DNA of 64,000 bases, taken from assembly GCF_006345805.1 (NCBI RefSeq), contig NC_043000.1:86366001-86430000 (forward strand), written 5' to 3'. The position numbers and the translations under genes are program-made. This document shows positions 51,324 through 64,000 of this stretch, piece after piece. The DNA comes from Octopus sinensis (Eukaryota). Every line of letters begins with the position of its first letter. Position 1 is the stretch's first letter. Below the pieces are notes generated by a model. That model ran no database searches. It worked only from the letters and a program-made list of their open reading frames with translations, and was not told where the DNA came from.

Positions 51324-51660
51324 CATGGCTCAGTGGTTAGAGCGTCGAGCTTACGATCGTGAAGTTGTGAGCTCGAAACCCGGACCGGGCTGCGTGTTGT
51401 GTTCTCGAGCAAGGCACTTTATTTCACGTTGCTCCAGTTCACTCAGCTGTAGAAATGAGTTGCGACGTCACTGGTGCCAAGCTGTATCGACCTTTGTCTT
51501 TCCCTTGGATAACACTGGTGGTGTGGAGAGGGGAGGCTGGTATGCATGGGCGACTGCTGGCCTTCCATAAAAACAACCTTGCCCAGACTTGTGTCTAGGA
51601 GGGTAACTTTCTAGGTGCAATCCCATGGTCATTCATGACCGAAGGGGGTCTTTACCCTTA
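51324..51660 (+). mobile_element. Young tRNA-derived SINE family C (CORE-like)
   Basis: tggctcagtggttagagc (A box), gctcgaaacc (B-box-like), then gagcaaggcacttt..ctccagttcactcagctgtagaaatgag, similar to the CORE domain. CpGs are retained. Confidence 0.85.
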
Positions 51661-51739
51661 TATATATATATATATATTTATTGCTTTATATATTTTTACA
51701 TATTTTTTTCTGTATTTTACCTTTCACCCTGCATTTTTC

Positions 51740-52150
51740 TTGTGCATGCGTGTATATAGACATGTATATGAACATATTTGTGCATGTATGGGTATATATG
51801 TGTGTGTGCGCACATGAGTATGTATATATGTACATGTGTATGGTTACATATATATGTGGGTGTATATGCATGTGTTTCACATGAGTGTGAGTGAGCATAT
51901 GCATATATAGCATGTGCATTTGAATATAATTGTGTGCATATGGGTATGTGCACATGTGTGTGTGCATGCACGTGTGTGTGCATGTGCAGATATGTATATG
52001 TGTACATGTATGGTTGCATACATATGTGTATATATAAGTGTATGTGTGGGTGTGCATGTATGTGTTTCACGTGAGTGTAAGTGAGCATATGCATATAGGC
52101 ACATGTATGTGGGTGTGTGTGCTCACATGTGTATGTATGTACAAGCACAC
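51740..52150. repeat. Degenerate (TG/CA/TA) low-complexity tract
   Basis: Directly visible. Confidence 0.85.
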
Positions 52151-52323
52151 ATACGCGATTTCTATGTGCATTTTTACTTTTTTACTTTTTTCTTTCTCCC
52201 CTTTAGTTTTTTTCCCCTTATATAATGGTCATTCTTATAGATTTTTTGTCTTAATAACGGTCAATTACATAGTAATTTCGCTTTGTTTAACGGTCATTTT
52301 CATAGCATTTTTTTATTGTCTTA

Positions 52324-52450
52324 ATAACTGATGAGATGCCGGAGCAGATTTCCATCTTAACATCTGAAACTCGGAGTTTTATCATGGCAATTGACCAACA
52401 AGATACCAGAGCAGATTTCCACTCCGACATCCAAAATTTGGAGTTTTATT
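52324..52450 (+). ncRNA. Degenerate tandem hammerhead motifs (unit about 67 bp)
   Basis: ataa CTGATGA gatg..catc t GAAA ctc-g-gag TT ttat (52324-52382); a second copy of the 3' part is shifted by 67 nt. Confidence 0.6.
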
Positions 52451-52505
52451 ATGGCAACCAAATAATTGTCACATATTATATTACAGATATATATATATAT
52501 ATATA

Positions 52506-53893
52506 CTAGCTTAAGGTGACCCGCTCTACGTGTGGGTAAGAGTGTGGTTGTTACTTTTGTTGCTTTCTTTCTGTTTTTTATCACCACATTCGCCCTCTTT
52601 GTTTCTCTCTCCTTTCTCTCTCACTTTCCCACTCTCTTACTCTTCCTTTCACTCAGACTCTCCCTCACCTTCTCTTACACTCTATCTTTCTCTACCTATC
52701 TCTCTCCCATTTATAAACAACAAAAATCTTGAGTAAGTTGAGAAATAAAATATTTTGAAAGATCAATCATAAATATCAGGTAGTGACAACGGAAAGGTCT
52801 GCTTCAAGGCAGACAGCAAAACGCTAACATTTAAAAGGGACAGACGAACTTGCGAGCTGAATAAAAATAAAAAAATATTGGAAACCAAAGTTTGAAGGGA
52901 TAGAATCTGAGGATAGAAGAGTCACCATGGCTGGCATTTCTTAACGATGAACAGCAACGTAGTGGCAGTTTAACGGCTGGCGTAAAATTTTGAACTTGAT
53001 GTAAAAGAAAATTCCTAAACACCAAGTTTTGAAGTGATTCTTTCTCATGACAGTAGACTCACCAATGCAAGCATTCAAAACTTCTTCATCATGGACGGCA
53101 ACACATTGAAGATTTAAAGGCTGGCGCAAATCTTTTAGCTTGATGTAACAGAGAATTCCTAAATACCAGCGCCTGTAAATTTTAATCCCCTTCCAGCCCC
53201 ATTTAGACCCCTTTTCACATTTTGGTTAATATAACCCAATTTCATTCAGGTCTACTCGGACCACATTTTATAAGATGAGGAATTTTGTCCTAGAGGTCAT
53301 GCCTTTCATTTGAGGGAAAAAATAGTTGCCATGCAAACTCGCCAGCACTTTTAACATAGTTGTGCATATTTACAGCTCAACCGACCAAATAATGCACACA
53401 TTATATATACAAATGTACACAAATTATATATATATATATATATAAATACAGATATATACACTTTGTATATATACATATTTATATATAGAACACACACATA
53501 TAAATTAACCAAATAAATATCTGATTCATAATATTTGTTCTCATGATTGTATGGTTGTGGTGGCGATAATAAAACTCTCTATGAATGCAGACAGACATAA
53601 GGAGAGAGAGGTGGGACGGAGGCAGTGGAGGAAAATGATAGGAAGGGAGGAACAGAGAGAGATGGAGGAAGACATGCAGATAAAAGAAAGAGAAGAGACT
53701 TGTCAAAGTGTGCGTTTTTGCCATAGTAACAACACCTTTTAAGATAGGGATTTCTAACCTAGCCCACTCACATTATCACCTCATTTTACATGTCCCCGTA
53801 AGTTTTGAAGTCAATCTGACGGGATCTAGTGCCCTTTAACCTGTTCCAATGCCAAAACCAAACAAACAAACTTTTCGCATTTCAGATTTATAG

Positions 53894-53894
<1 letters not shown>
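52506..53894 (-). mobile_element. Non-autonomous Helitron-like element
   Basis: Minus strand A|TCTATAAATCTGAAATGCGAAAAGTTTGTTTGTTTG 5' end; acccgc-tctacgt-gtgggt subterminal hairpin and CTAG|T 3' end; no coding capacity. Confidence 0.75.
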
Positions 53895-53978
<84 letters not shown>

Positions 53979-54322
53979 GTATATATATATGTATATATAT
54001 ATATACATATATATACATACATATATATATATACATATATATATACATATATATATATATACACATATATATATATACATATATATAATATACATATATA
54101 TATATACATATATATATATACATATATATATACACATATATATATACACATATATATATACATATATATATATACATATATATATATACATATATATAAT
54201 ATATATATATATACATATATATATACATATATATATACATATATATATACACATATATATATACATATATATATACACATATATATACACATATATATAT
54301 ATACATATATATATATATACAC

Positions 54323-54367
<45 letters not shown>

Positions 54368-54460
54368 CATATATATATATACATATATTATATACATATA
54401 TATATATATACATACACATATATATACATATATATATATATTATATATATATATATATAG

Positions 54461-54491
<31 letters not shown>

Positions 54492-54507
54492 ATATATTAT
54501 ACATATA

Positions 54508-54539
<32 letters not shown>

Positions 54540-54659
54540 CATAATATATACATATATATATATTACATATATATATATATACACATATATATATACATAT
54601 ATATATACATATATAATATATATATACATATATATATACAATATATATATATACATATA

Positions 54660-54690
<31 letters not shown>
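53895..54690. repeat. About 800-bp (AT)n/(ATATATAC)n compound microsatellite
   Basis: Directly visible. Confidence 0.97.
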
Positions 54691-54692
<2 letters not shown>

Positions 54693-54999
54693 AATATAAA
54701 TGCGTTTAAGTGGTACAAGTAAAACAATGAGATCAGCCAATAAATATGTAAACAGATATATATAGAGAGAGATGAATGAATAATAATAGATGAGTGTACA
54801 GATACAAATCCCTTACGGCCATTTCTACCATGAGCCTTCAGAATCTTCCAAGTCATCCTCATCACGTCAGTGATATACAGGGATGAACAAACATTGGACA
54901 GAAATTGGGTAATGGTTGAGCTTCAAGGCGTCGTCAGAGAGTACAAATGTTAGGAAACTAACATGTGGGAAATTCAGTTAGAATAACAGAGTAGGGTAA

Positions 55000-56008
<1,009 letters not shown>

Positions 56009-56195
56009 CACATATATATACTGTAAATATATATATTTAAATGGCAAAAGTTACAAAGTGACTCAAGAGCCAAGAGTTTCATACCTTGGTACTTATTAAA
56101 GTTTGATAAGTTCAAATAAAACATATATATATATATATAATTGTGTTTTCATTCCCACTTCTTTTGTTTGTATCACCAAACCTCTGCATGCATGC

Positions 56196-56233
<38 letters not shown>

Positions 56234-59200
56234 TAAAAATGTATTTCAAGCAAATTTCAAACCATGGTGGAATTATTGAATTAATCATGCAAAGAAAATG
56301 ATGTATTTCTAATGGCACCGAGGAAATAAAATTACAATGAAAATACAATGGTTGTAGGAAATATTCCAAATGATGTATATTTTAATCTTGTTTAATTATA
56401 CTACTTTAGCTAAGAAATTGGCATTTGCTCAATCAATAGGAATAACATAATAATAACTTTTCTGATGACATTTCAATTCTCTGCATTAAATCTTCTTCTG
56501 AAGTTACCAATAAACTTAATGCTAATATCAAATTATGAAAAGAACAAAAATGCAAGCCTGTGACAAATTTAGCAATTGGAGTAAATACATGTCTGAATGT
56601 CATAAACTAATGATGTGATCTATGAATATTTTTATTAGCAATAACAATACAGACTTCTCTCTCTCTCTCTTTCTCACTGTCTATCTGTCTCCGTTTCTCT
56701 CCATGCTTATACTTTCATACTACAACGGTACTTGACTCTGGAGTAGCTAGTTGCATATTTCCATCAATGCTCACCTGACATAATTATTTCTCTTTGTATC
56801 ACCACTACTGTGTCTCTATTCACCCCAATTGCAGGCCCTGCAACAGCTACTCTGCCCAATCCTCCCTCCCAGAATACCCAACTTCAAGAATTTCCACGTT
56901 GCCTTTGTGTTTTATGTTTTTTTCTTATAGTCTTCCTGATGAAAATAAACACTGTCTTGGTGTTGATGATTATAGGCATAGCTCTCCTCCAGACTAAACT
57001 TTAAAAGAACAATCTAGTTTCTTTCAATAGCACAAAAAGACACAACCACTTCTTACATCAAGGAAACAAACTTTACCTTATTCCCGCCAGTCTTGGATAA
57101 CATCCTACTAAAACTTTGTAAATGTTTATTCTAACAATCTCTAATTGTAGTAACCTTACATACTAAAGCTAAAACCTGCAACCCAAAAACTAGTTTCCCC
57201 TCTTCAAGGACAGAAAATACTCCAACTCTGACCCTCCACAAAACCTCAAATAAGACCTACAATAGAGTAGTACTCCTAGATCTAAGATAGTACAGATACT
57301 AGACATGCACATTCATTCATGCATGCATGCATACAAGCACGTGCGTGCACACACACACACACAAACATTTTAGACAGCACCTAAAAGAAGCCCATCAGTC
57401 TGAATAACAAACTCTCACAAGTAAACACGGGGCAAAAATATTTCCTCTCCTCCTCTGACTAAAAGATGATCCAACTTCCCATCTGCAATCATAGTTTCAC
57501 ATAGTATGTTTATCTCAGTAGCCACATATATACCCACAGATAAATGCACGATGCATAATCTTTTGTTTTTTGACTTCAAAGAAACAAACAAAATTTTAAT
57601 TATTTTTTTAAGAAACAACTTTAATGTGCTTACCAAGAATATCCATTTGGTCCTAACTTAGTTGTAATTACTGCTCTTCTGGTCAGTAGTATTTCTACTC
57701 TATCAATATTATTACTCTGGATTGCTTTCAAAAGTTTCTCATCTATTTTAGTCCAATCATGTATCTGAAAAAATAAAAATGAAAATAAAAACATATGTTC
57801 AATATCAGAAATAATTCTAAAAAGTTTCTTGATTGGCTAGCCAAAGAATACAGAGACAGGGACAAACCAATAATAAACTCAAACAATCCAAAAGATCATA
57901 CATAAAATCCCAATATACAACTATTATATAATTTCTCTGGCCAAAGGAGAGAAATATCTATGAAATAAAACATCAAATAAATCAAATACAAGAAAAACTA
58001 AACAATGACAATGAATAGAAGTTGATTGCATAGATGTATTGTATTGGCAACAAGCACAAAAATGTTGAATGCCAAAAATGTACATATTCCCTTTATTTCT
58101 TTTTTTTATGACTGTATTCCTGTCTCTTCTTAATTCTGTTAAACTGCAATAAAATTGTCTTCCCAAAATCAACTTCAACTCATTAAATCAATGCATTATC
58201 TCTGGTGGTAGACTGAAATATATCTTATATTTACTTACATATATATCTTTTCATTTTCTTTCATGATATAAGCATAAACACACCGTAGTCTTTCAATTTC
58301 TTCTTAATTTCTAATAATAAACCTATGTTGCATAAGAAATCATAGTAGAGTTGCAAGAAGCAATTGTAGGCGAACTTTATTTTGAGTAGGCATTGTGTTA
58401 AGTCTTAGATGAACTAATTGCATTGATCAATGTGAGATCAAGTTAAAATAAGAAATAATAGGAGAGTCTGTAAGGAGAAACATTTCTTTGTTACTTTATT
58501 CTACCTTAAAAGATCCTGTTAATTAGGACAACTATTACTTGAAAATTTACGTATTTATTTTTTAACAATCTTCTCTTAACAACTGGAATCAGTTATTTTA
58601 AGATTCTTTTTCTTTTGCATGCTTAGATTATCTTTTAAGTCAAGTGTGATTGCCTTGATACTAAAAATATATGAAATATGCCAAAATCAAAGGAAAAGCA
58701 GAGGAAATGCCATATGTAGTCATTAATTTCTATATTAATATGTTTGTGAATAAATAACTAAATATTGATTTGATTGGAAATTGCAGCCTTTTTAAATTCA
58801 AATAATGGGTGCAGCAGTAGAAGTATTATAAAGAGAAAATGATGACAATAAATTTGTATTGAAGAGAAAAATTTAAATAACAATAATCTGTTTATCTAAA
58901 TTAAACTTGATGGATAGAATGAAAAACATAAAAAGCAAAAAACAAACCAGACTGATCATAACATTCAATTTCAAATGTGTGAATACTTGTATGAATTGAT
59001 AAAACTATTTTGTCAGTTATTTATATCAATGTTTGTGGAAACCATATTACAATGCTATTGTGATAGGTGTATTGTTGTATATGACAGTAAAATCATGAAT
59101 GGTTTGGAAGAGAAGAGTTTGATCTGATAGGCATGTAGAATACGATCAAAGATTCAGTGATCTCCAATGATAATCAAGAATAGTTGCAAGTAGAACTTAT

Positions 59201-60564
59201 TGAGTTGGCATGATCACATAAATAGAATGGATTATGAGCATTGAGAAAGTAAGGAAATGTAGTTTTGGCATATTATTGTTGACAAATAATCATTGCATAT
59301 GATGAAGAAGACATTATTTGTTTTGGCGCCAACTTCAATAGAGTGAAGCAGGGCCAGAAATTAATCAGAAATTGAAATATGTTGATAGATTGACCCAGAA
59401 AGTTCATGTAACACCAGCAAAAATTGACATTGAACCAATGATGAGAAGGAATAAATGTGAAAGAAGCAATGGGGAAAATTATTCTGGAATTATGACAAAA
59501 ATTTACTTGTATCTGGTGAATGAAAAAGAGTGAGGTCTTATTTCATATTTCAGTACAAATAAACATTTATATTTAAAGCAAACCTCTTTGATATAAAATT
59601 CCAAATGAAATGAAGTAACCAACTACACAAAATACAATGCAAAAAAAGTTTTTGTTTTTTTCTTTGTTCCTAGTAAGAACACCTAGGCTGTTAGATTAAT
59701 CAAACATTATATTCATACTATGCCACAAAAATTTGTTCAAAGAAATATTAATGTAAATAGTCACTCAGAAAATATTTCTTTCATTAACTAGAACCATAAC
59801 ATCAAAAATTACTTTAGACATATTATATTTTTGTAAAGTAAGCTATTTAAGCTTTATAGCTATGTTGGCAAATCTCCACCAATCCTTACAGAAAATGGAA
59901 TTTTACCAGATTTTATTTTATTTTCATTGAAATATCATTTTCTTCTTCTTCAGTGAAATCTACTTGTAAGATAATGTACCAATAACCTTTCACAGTTCTC
60001 ATTGCATGTATATTTTGAGAATTGACAGAAAGACAATTAACAGAACCTGTAAAATATTTACCTGAAATTTCATTGTCTCTACATTGTCTGAAGAATGAGA
60101 TAAAAGCTCAAAACAGTTACAGTTGTTTGACGAAAATAATCCTAGCAATAATCGGTCCAATTTCAGTTTATAGCTGGAATTTCATTTTATTTGTTTGCAC
60201 AGTTATATTATTACAACATTATCTTATAGGAAATGTAAAAAATTAAACAACTTTAATAAAATGTTAGTTAAATGTATGCTTCAAAATTGAGAGAAATACT
60301 AGAGTAGTAAAAGAGGAGACTTCATTTACATTTCCAATAATAAGTTTTCGAAAAATATCAGCAATACTTTTGATGAAGGGTGCTGCATAAGATATATATG
60401 TGTGTGTGTGTGGATTAGTGAATTTTTGAGATAACAAAGTGGAAAAAAGGTACTCAATACATAAAATAGAGTGCTTATGTTTTTTTATTGCAAGCAGAAG
60501 CTACTTGAATCACTACTTCATGATTGTATACATACATACATATATATATATATATAATATATAT

Positions 60565-60611
<47 letters not shown>

Positions 60612-60612
<1 letters not shown>

Positions 60613-61395
60613 TCTGACTGGGCCTGATGAAGCCTTCCAGCTTCACAGACCCCAGTTGAACCGTCCAACCCATGCTAGCATGGAGAACGGACGCTAAATG
60701 ATGATGATGATGATGATGATATATATATATATGCTGAGGACATGCAAGAGTTTGAAAGAAATGAAGCCAGTATGCTCTGTTGGGTGGATAATGTTAGTGT
60801 GTGTCAGTGTAGTGATTTAATAGAGAAAAACTGGGTATATAGGGCATCAGACGTAGTGTGCCAGAGTGAATACTGTTATGGTCCTGTAATTTGTATGAAT
60901 GAAGACATTTGCATCATGAAGTGCCAAGTTCTAATTGTGAAGAGAATGTGTGGTAGGGGTAGACCCAGAAAGATGTGGAATGAGGTGGTCAGAAAGGATC
61001 TCTAGATGTTGGGCTTCACAGAGGGGATGACTGGATTGAGACTTCTGGCAGTTTGCTGTGCTTCAGAAGACACAACAAGCTAATTAAATATGTAGTCATC
61101 CTTGCATACAGACATGTCGTCTGCATTCCTCTTCAGCCGAGTGTTCCTAATCTTGTGGGCTCAAGGGTGCTGGTGCCATGTAAAAAGCACCAATGCCAGT
61201 TCCACATAAAAGTCCCTGTGCCAGTGCTGTGTAAAATCACCCAGTACACAGTACACTCTGTAAAGTGGTTGGTATTAGGAAGGGGATCCAGTCATAGAAA
61301 ACATGCCAAAACAGACATGGAGCCCAAGTAGTTCTCCAGCTAACCAGTTCCTGTCAAACCGTCCAACACATGCCAGCATGGAAAACAGATGTTAA
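60612..61395 (+). mobile_element. RTE tail (60612-60720) plus a degraded truncated RTE copy (60735-61395)
   Basis: Tail with (GAT)n; ORF 60742-61005 ends in CGRGRPRKMW. Confidence 0.85.
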
Positions 61396-61479
61396 AAAAA
61401 ATGTATAGGCATGTATGTATATATCTATATCTAGGGGAATCGCTGATGAGAACCCAATAAAGTTATCCCTGCTCTATAT

Positions 61480-61648
61480 TGAAGAGATGAGAAATTATGT
61501 GATCTATTTACATTATTTAAGTTCAACGGATATTTGTCCTCATCTTGTTTGTTGTTAACACAACGTTTTGGCTGATATACCCTCCAGCCTTCTTCAGGTG
61601 TCTTGGGGAAATTTGAACCTGGGTTCTCATTCCTATGGTATTTTTCGA

Positions 61649-61694
<46 letters not shown>

Positions 61695-61770
61695 GTTCAG
61701 GTCACTGGTTGGAATCAAACTCGGAATCTTGGGGTTAGTGGCCTACACTCTTAACCACTACGCCATATTA
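61480..61770 (-). mobile_element. tRNA-headed SINE-like element (family D) with (TAA)n linker and hammerhead-bearing 3' part
   Basis: Minus strand: A box TGGCGTAGTGG (61755-61765), B-box-like GAGTTTGATTCC (61711-61722), (AAT)n, then a hammerhead motif. Confidence 0.75.
61558..61601 (-). ncRNA. Minimal type I hammerhead motif (G12>A, probably inactive copy)
   Basis: acac CTGAAGA a ggctg-gagggtatat-cagcc AAAA cg TT gtgt: stem I ACAC/GTGT, 5-bp stem II, palindromic ACGT stem III. Confidence 0.75.
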
Positions 61771-62014
61771 ACATAAGTGTTAATACTTATGGTATGCAAA
61801 CTAGTAGCTTCAGTTCTCAGTAGCTATTGGAATTGTTTAGTATATAAACAGATTGGCTGCTTATTTTCCTGGGATTAGTCAAATTGATGAAGACACCTTT
61901 TATGAGAACCAAATACAGTTTGAAAATTGATTAAGGCTGTTCATTATTATTTTCAATCTATGAAGAAATAGCTAAATCATCCATTACATAGCTTATGTAT
62001 ATCTACGTATCTAT

Positions 62015-62048
<34 letters not shown>

Positions 62049-62360
62049 TAATGAATGACAAAAGAACAAGTATTATATAATCATTTTCATTAGCTTACAG
62101 CTGTTTCTGCAATAGGAAACACTGCACACAGAGCTGAGTCCTCACATCACTGCTTGGTTTGTTTACACCTCAGTAACTTACATTTGCCAAAAGCGATCAA
62201 TAGAATATGTACCTAATTTCAAAATGGTATTCAATGACTGAAACAAGTAAAAAACAAAAGATATGCACACACATATGTTACATGTATGTTACATATATGT
62301 GCATACATACATCATCTCCTTCCTCAGAGAAAGAATTTGAATAATTAAAAACAGAAGAGA

Positions 62361-62392
<32 letters not shown>

Positions 62393-62397
<5 letters not shown>

Positions 62398-63139
62398 CGA
62401 CGTTCATGTTCATGTACTTGACTCAACAGGTCTCCTCAAGCACAGCGGGACGTTCTGGGATCCGGGGTACTTTGAATGGGCAGGGGCTATGCGGAACTGA
62501 TGCAGGAAGCAGCCCGTGACTGCAAAGACCCGGGCTGCTTCCTGCATCAGTTCCGCATAGCCCCTGCCCATTCTAAGTACCCCGGATCCCAGAACGTCCC
62601 GCTGTGCTTGAGGAGACCTGTTGAGTCAAGTACATGAACATGAACGTCGAAATAAATATCAATGGAAATAGTAGTTATGATGCCTGTGCCAGTGGCACAT
62701 AAAAAGCACTATCCGAACGTGGCCAATGCCAGCGCCGCCCCAACTGGCTTCTGTGCCAGTGACACATAAAAAGCACCATCCGAACGTGGCCGATGCCAGC
62801 GCCGCCCCGACTGGCCCCTGTGCCGGTGGCACATAAAAAGACCATGCGAACATTGCCAGCTCCGCCTAGGCTGGCTTCTGTGCCGCTGGCACGTTAAAAG
62901 CTCCAACCGATCGTGACCGATGCCAGACCCCCCCTGGCACCTGTGCAGGTGGCACGTAAAAAGCACTCGCTACACTCGCGGAGTGGTTGGTGTTAGGAAG
63001 GGCATCCAGCCGTAGAAACTCTGCCAGATCAGACTGGAGCCTGGAGCAGCCCCTGGCTTCCCAGATCCCGGTTGAACCGTCCAACCCGTGCTAGCGTGGA
63101 AAACGGACGTTAAACGATGATGATGATGATGATGATGAT
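62393..63139 (+). mobile_element. Truncated RTE 3' fragment whose 5' end is an inverted duplication
   Basis: 62517-63139 is the ORF end, 3'UTR and (GAT)n tail; 62393-62516 is the reverse complement of 62531-62654 with one mismatch. Confidence 0.93.
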
Positions 63140-64000
63140 ATCATAAATATATGCATCAACTGCACAGTTTGAATATCAAGGATTTTAATTTTCAATTTTT
63201 ACACAAAATATAGCAAGACAATTCTAATTCTCTATTCACATGTTACTGCATAGAGGGTAGTGCATTCTTATTTTGGCTAAGTAGAAATTAGCTATTGAAC
63301 TGAGAGTTAACATATCTTCTCAATTTCAATGTAAAAATGATTGCAACAGTTCTATTAAGAACAAAAAGAAATTTAGAGACTAAATTTTGAAAGAATCAAT
63401 TTGAGACGTAAAACTAAATTACTTAAAGAAAAAAAAAAGAGAGAATCTTACATTGAATTCAGAATAAACTTAAATTTCTGTCATGAATAAAATTGATGAA
63501 GACAAGCATATTTAATACTTTCAAATATATTTTTAATTGTGTAAAGAAACAAGATTTCTTATCATTAACAAGTATGATGTTGAATATAATTTTATAAATA
63601 CTTACATTTTATTGCTAATTGTATTCTTTTGTTTTATACTCTATAAATTGCAACAAAAAGAATGGTATGTTTCTCATAAGGTACACAATGAAATGTTTAT
63701 TGCATACTTGAACACAAGGTCTATGTGCTTGCAGTTTGGCACCTTATCCACTCAGCCCAGATGCTAATCTAATTACATGAAATCACTTTACCTTTGCTTT
63801 GCTTCTATCTTTTAATGAAAGAAGCCACAAAGTTTAGGGAGGGGAGAGAGAGAGAGAGAGAAAGAAAGAAAGAAAGAAAACGATGGAAAGAATTAGTGGG
63901 GATAGGTAGTTCCTTAGAAGATACTTTTAATAAAAGGTAGATTAATCAAAATAAGAATTTCTAGTGGTGGTTGCTAACCAAAGGTTACACTCCAAAAATC

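Noticed and set aside
51324-51400. tRNA gene (also 61700-61770)
   Set aside because: No complete cloverleaf; each continues into a repeat body, so these are SINE heads.
53826-54865. Long ORFs (up to 297 aa) of YI/IY/MYVC/HT repeats here and at 5305-5678, 35493-36164, 51681-52148
   Set aside because: Stop-free translations of microsatellites, not genes.
56778-56990. GC-richer island with a minus-strand gtgag donor
   Set aside because: All frames from the plausible acceptors hit stops.
60062-60087. 26-nt minus-strand micro-exon candidate (ttcttcag|..|gtaaat)
   Set aside because: Good splice signals but too short to evaluate without transcripts.

Overview
AT-rich, microsatellite-dense animal DNA; the SINE, RTE and microsatellite repertoire suggests Octopus or another coleoid cephalopod (inference). 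Most of the window looks like intronic sequence of a minus-strand host gene. One ankyrin-repeat exon (33324-33412) is convincing and a few other exons are only candidates. The only long intact ORF is a 1040-aa APE-endonuclease plus reverse-transcriptase protein of an RTE-clade LINE (41735-44857). It has a PHD-type zinc finger inside the RT, tandem-repeat arrays on both sides, and about ten truncated relatives in the window. Other mobile DNA: mariner, Tc1-like and hAT remnants, CR1/L2 remnants, an R4/Dong-like RLE retroelement remnant, a twin-primed 5'-inverted RTE ending in three C2H2 fingers, two Helitron-type elements with canonical ends, a Penelope-like (GIY-YIG) fragment and four tRNA-derived SINE types. 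The most unusual signals are several minimal hammerhead ribozyme motifs, one inside a tRNA-headed SINE-like element, and two near-perfect fold-back palindromes. Everything was read by eye, and boundaries of degraded elements are approximate.
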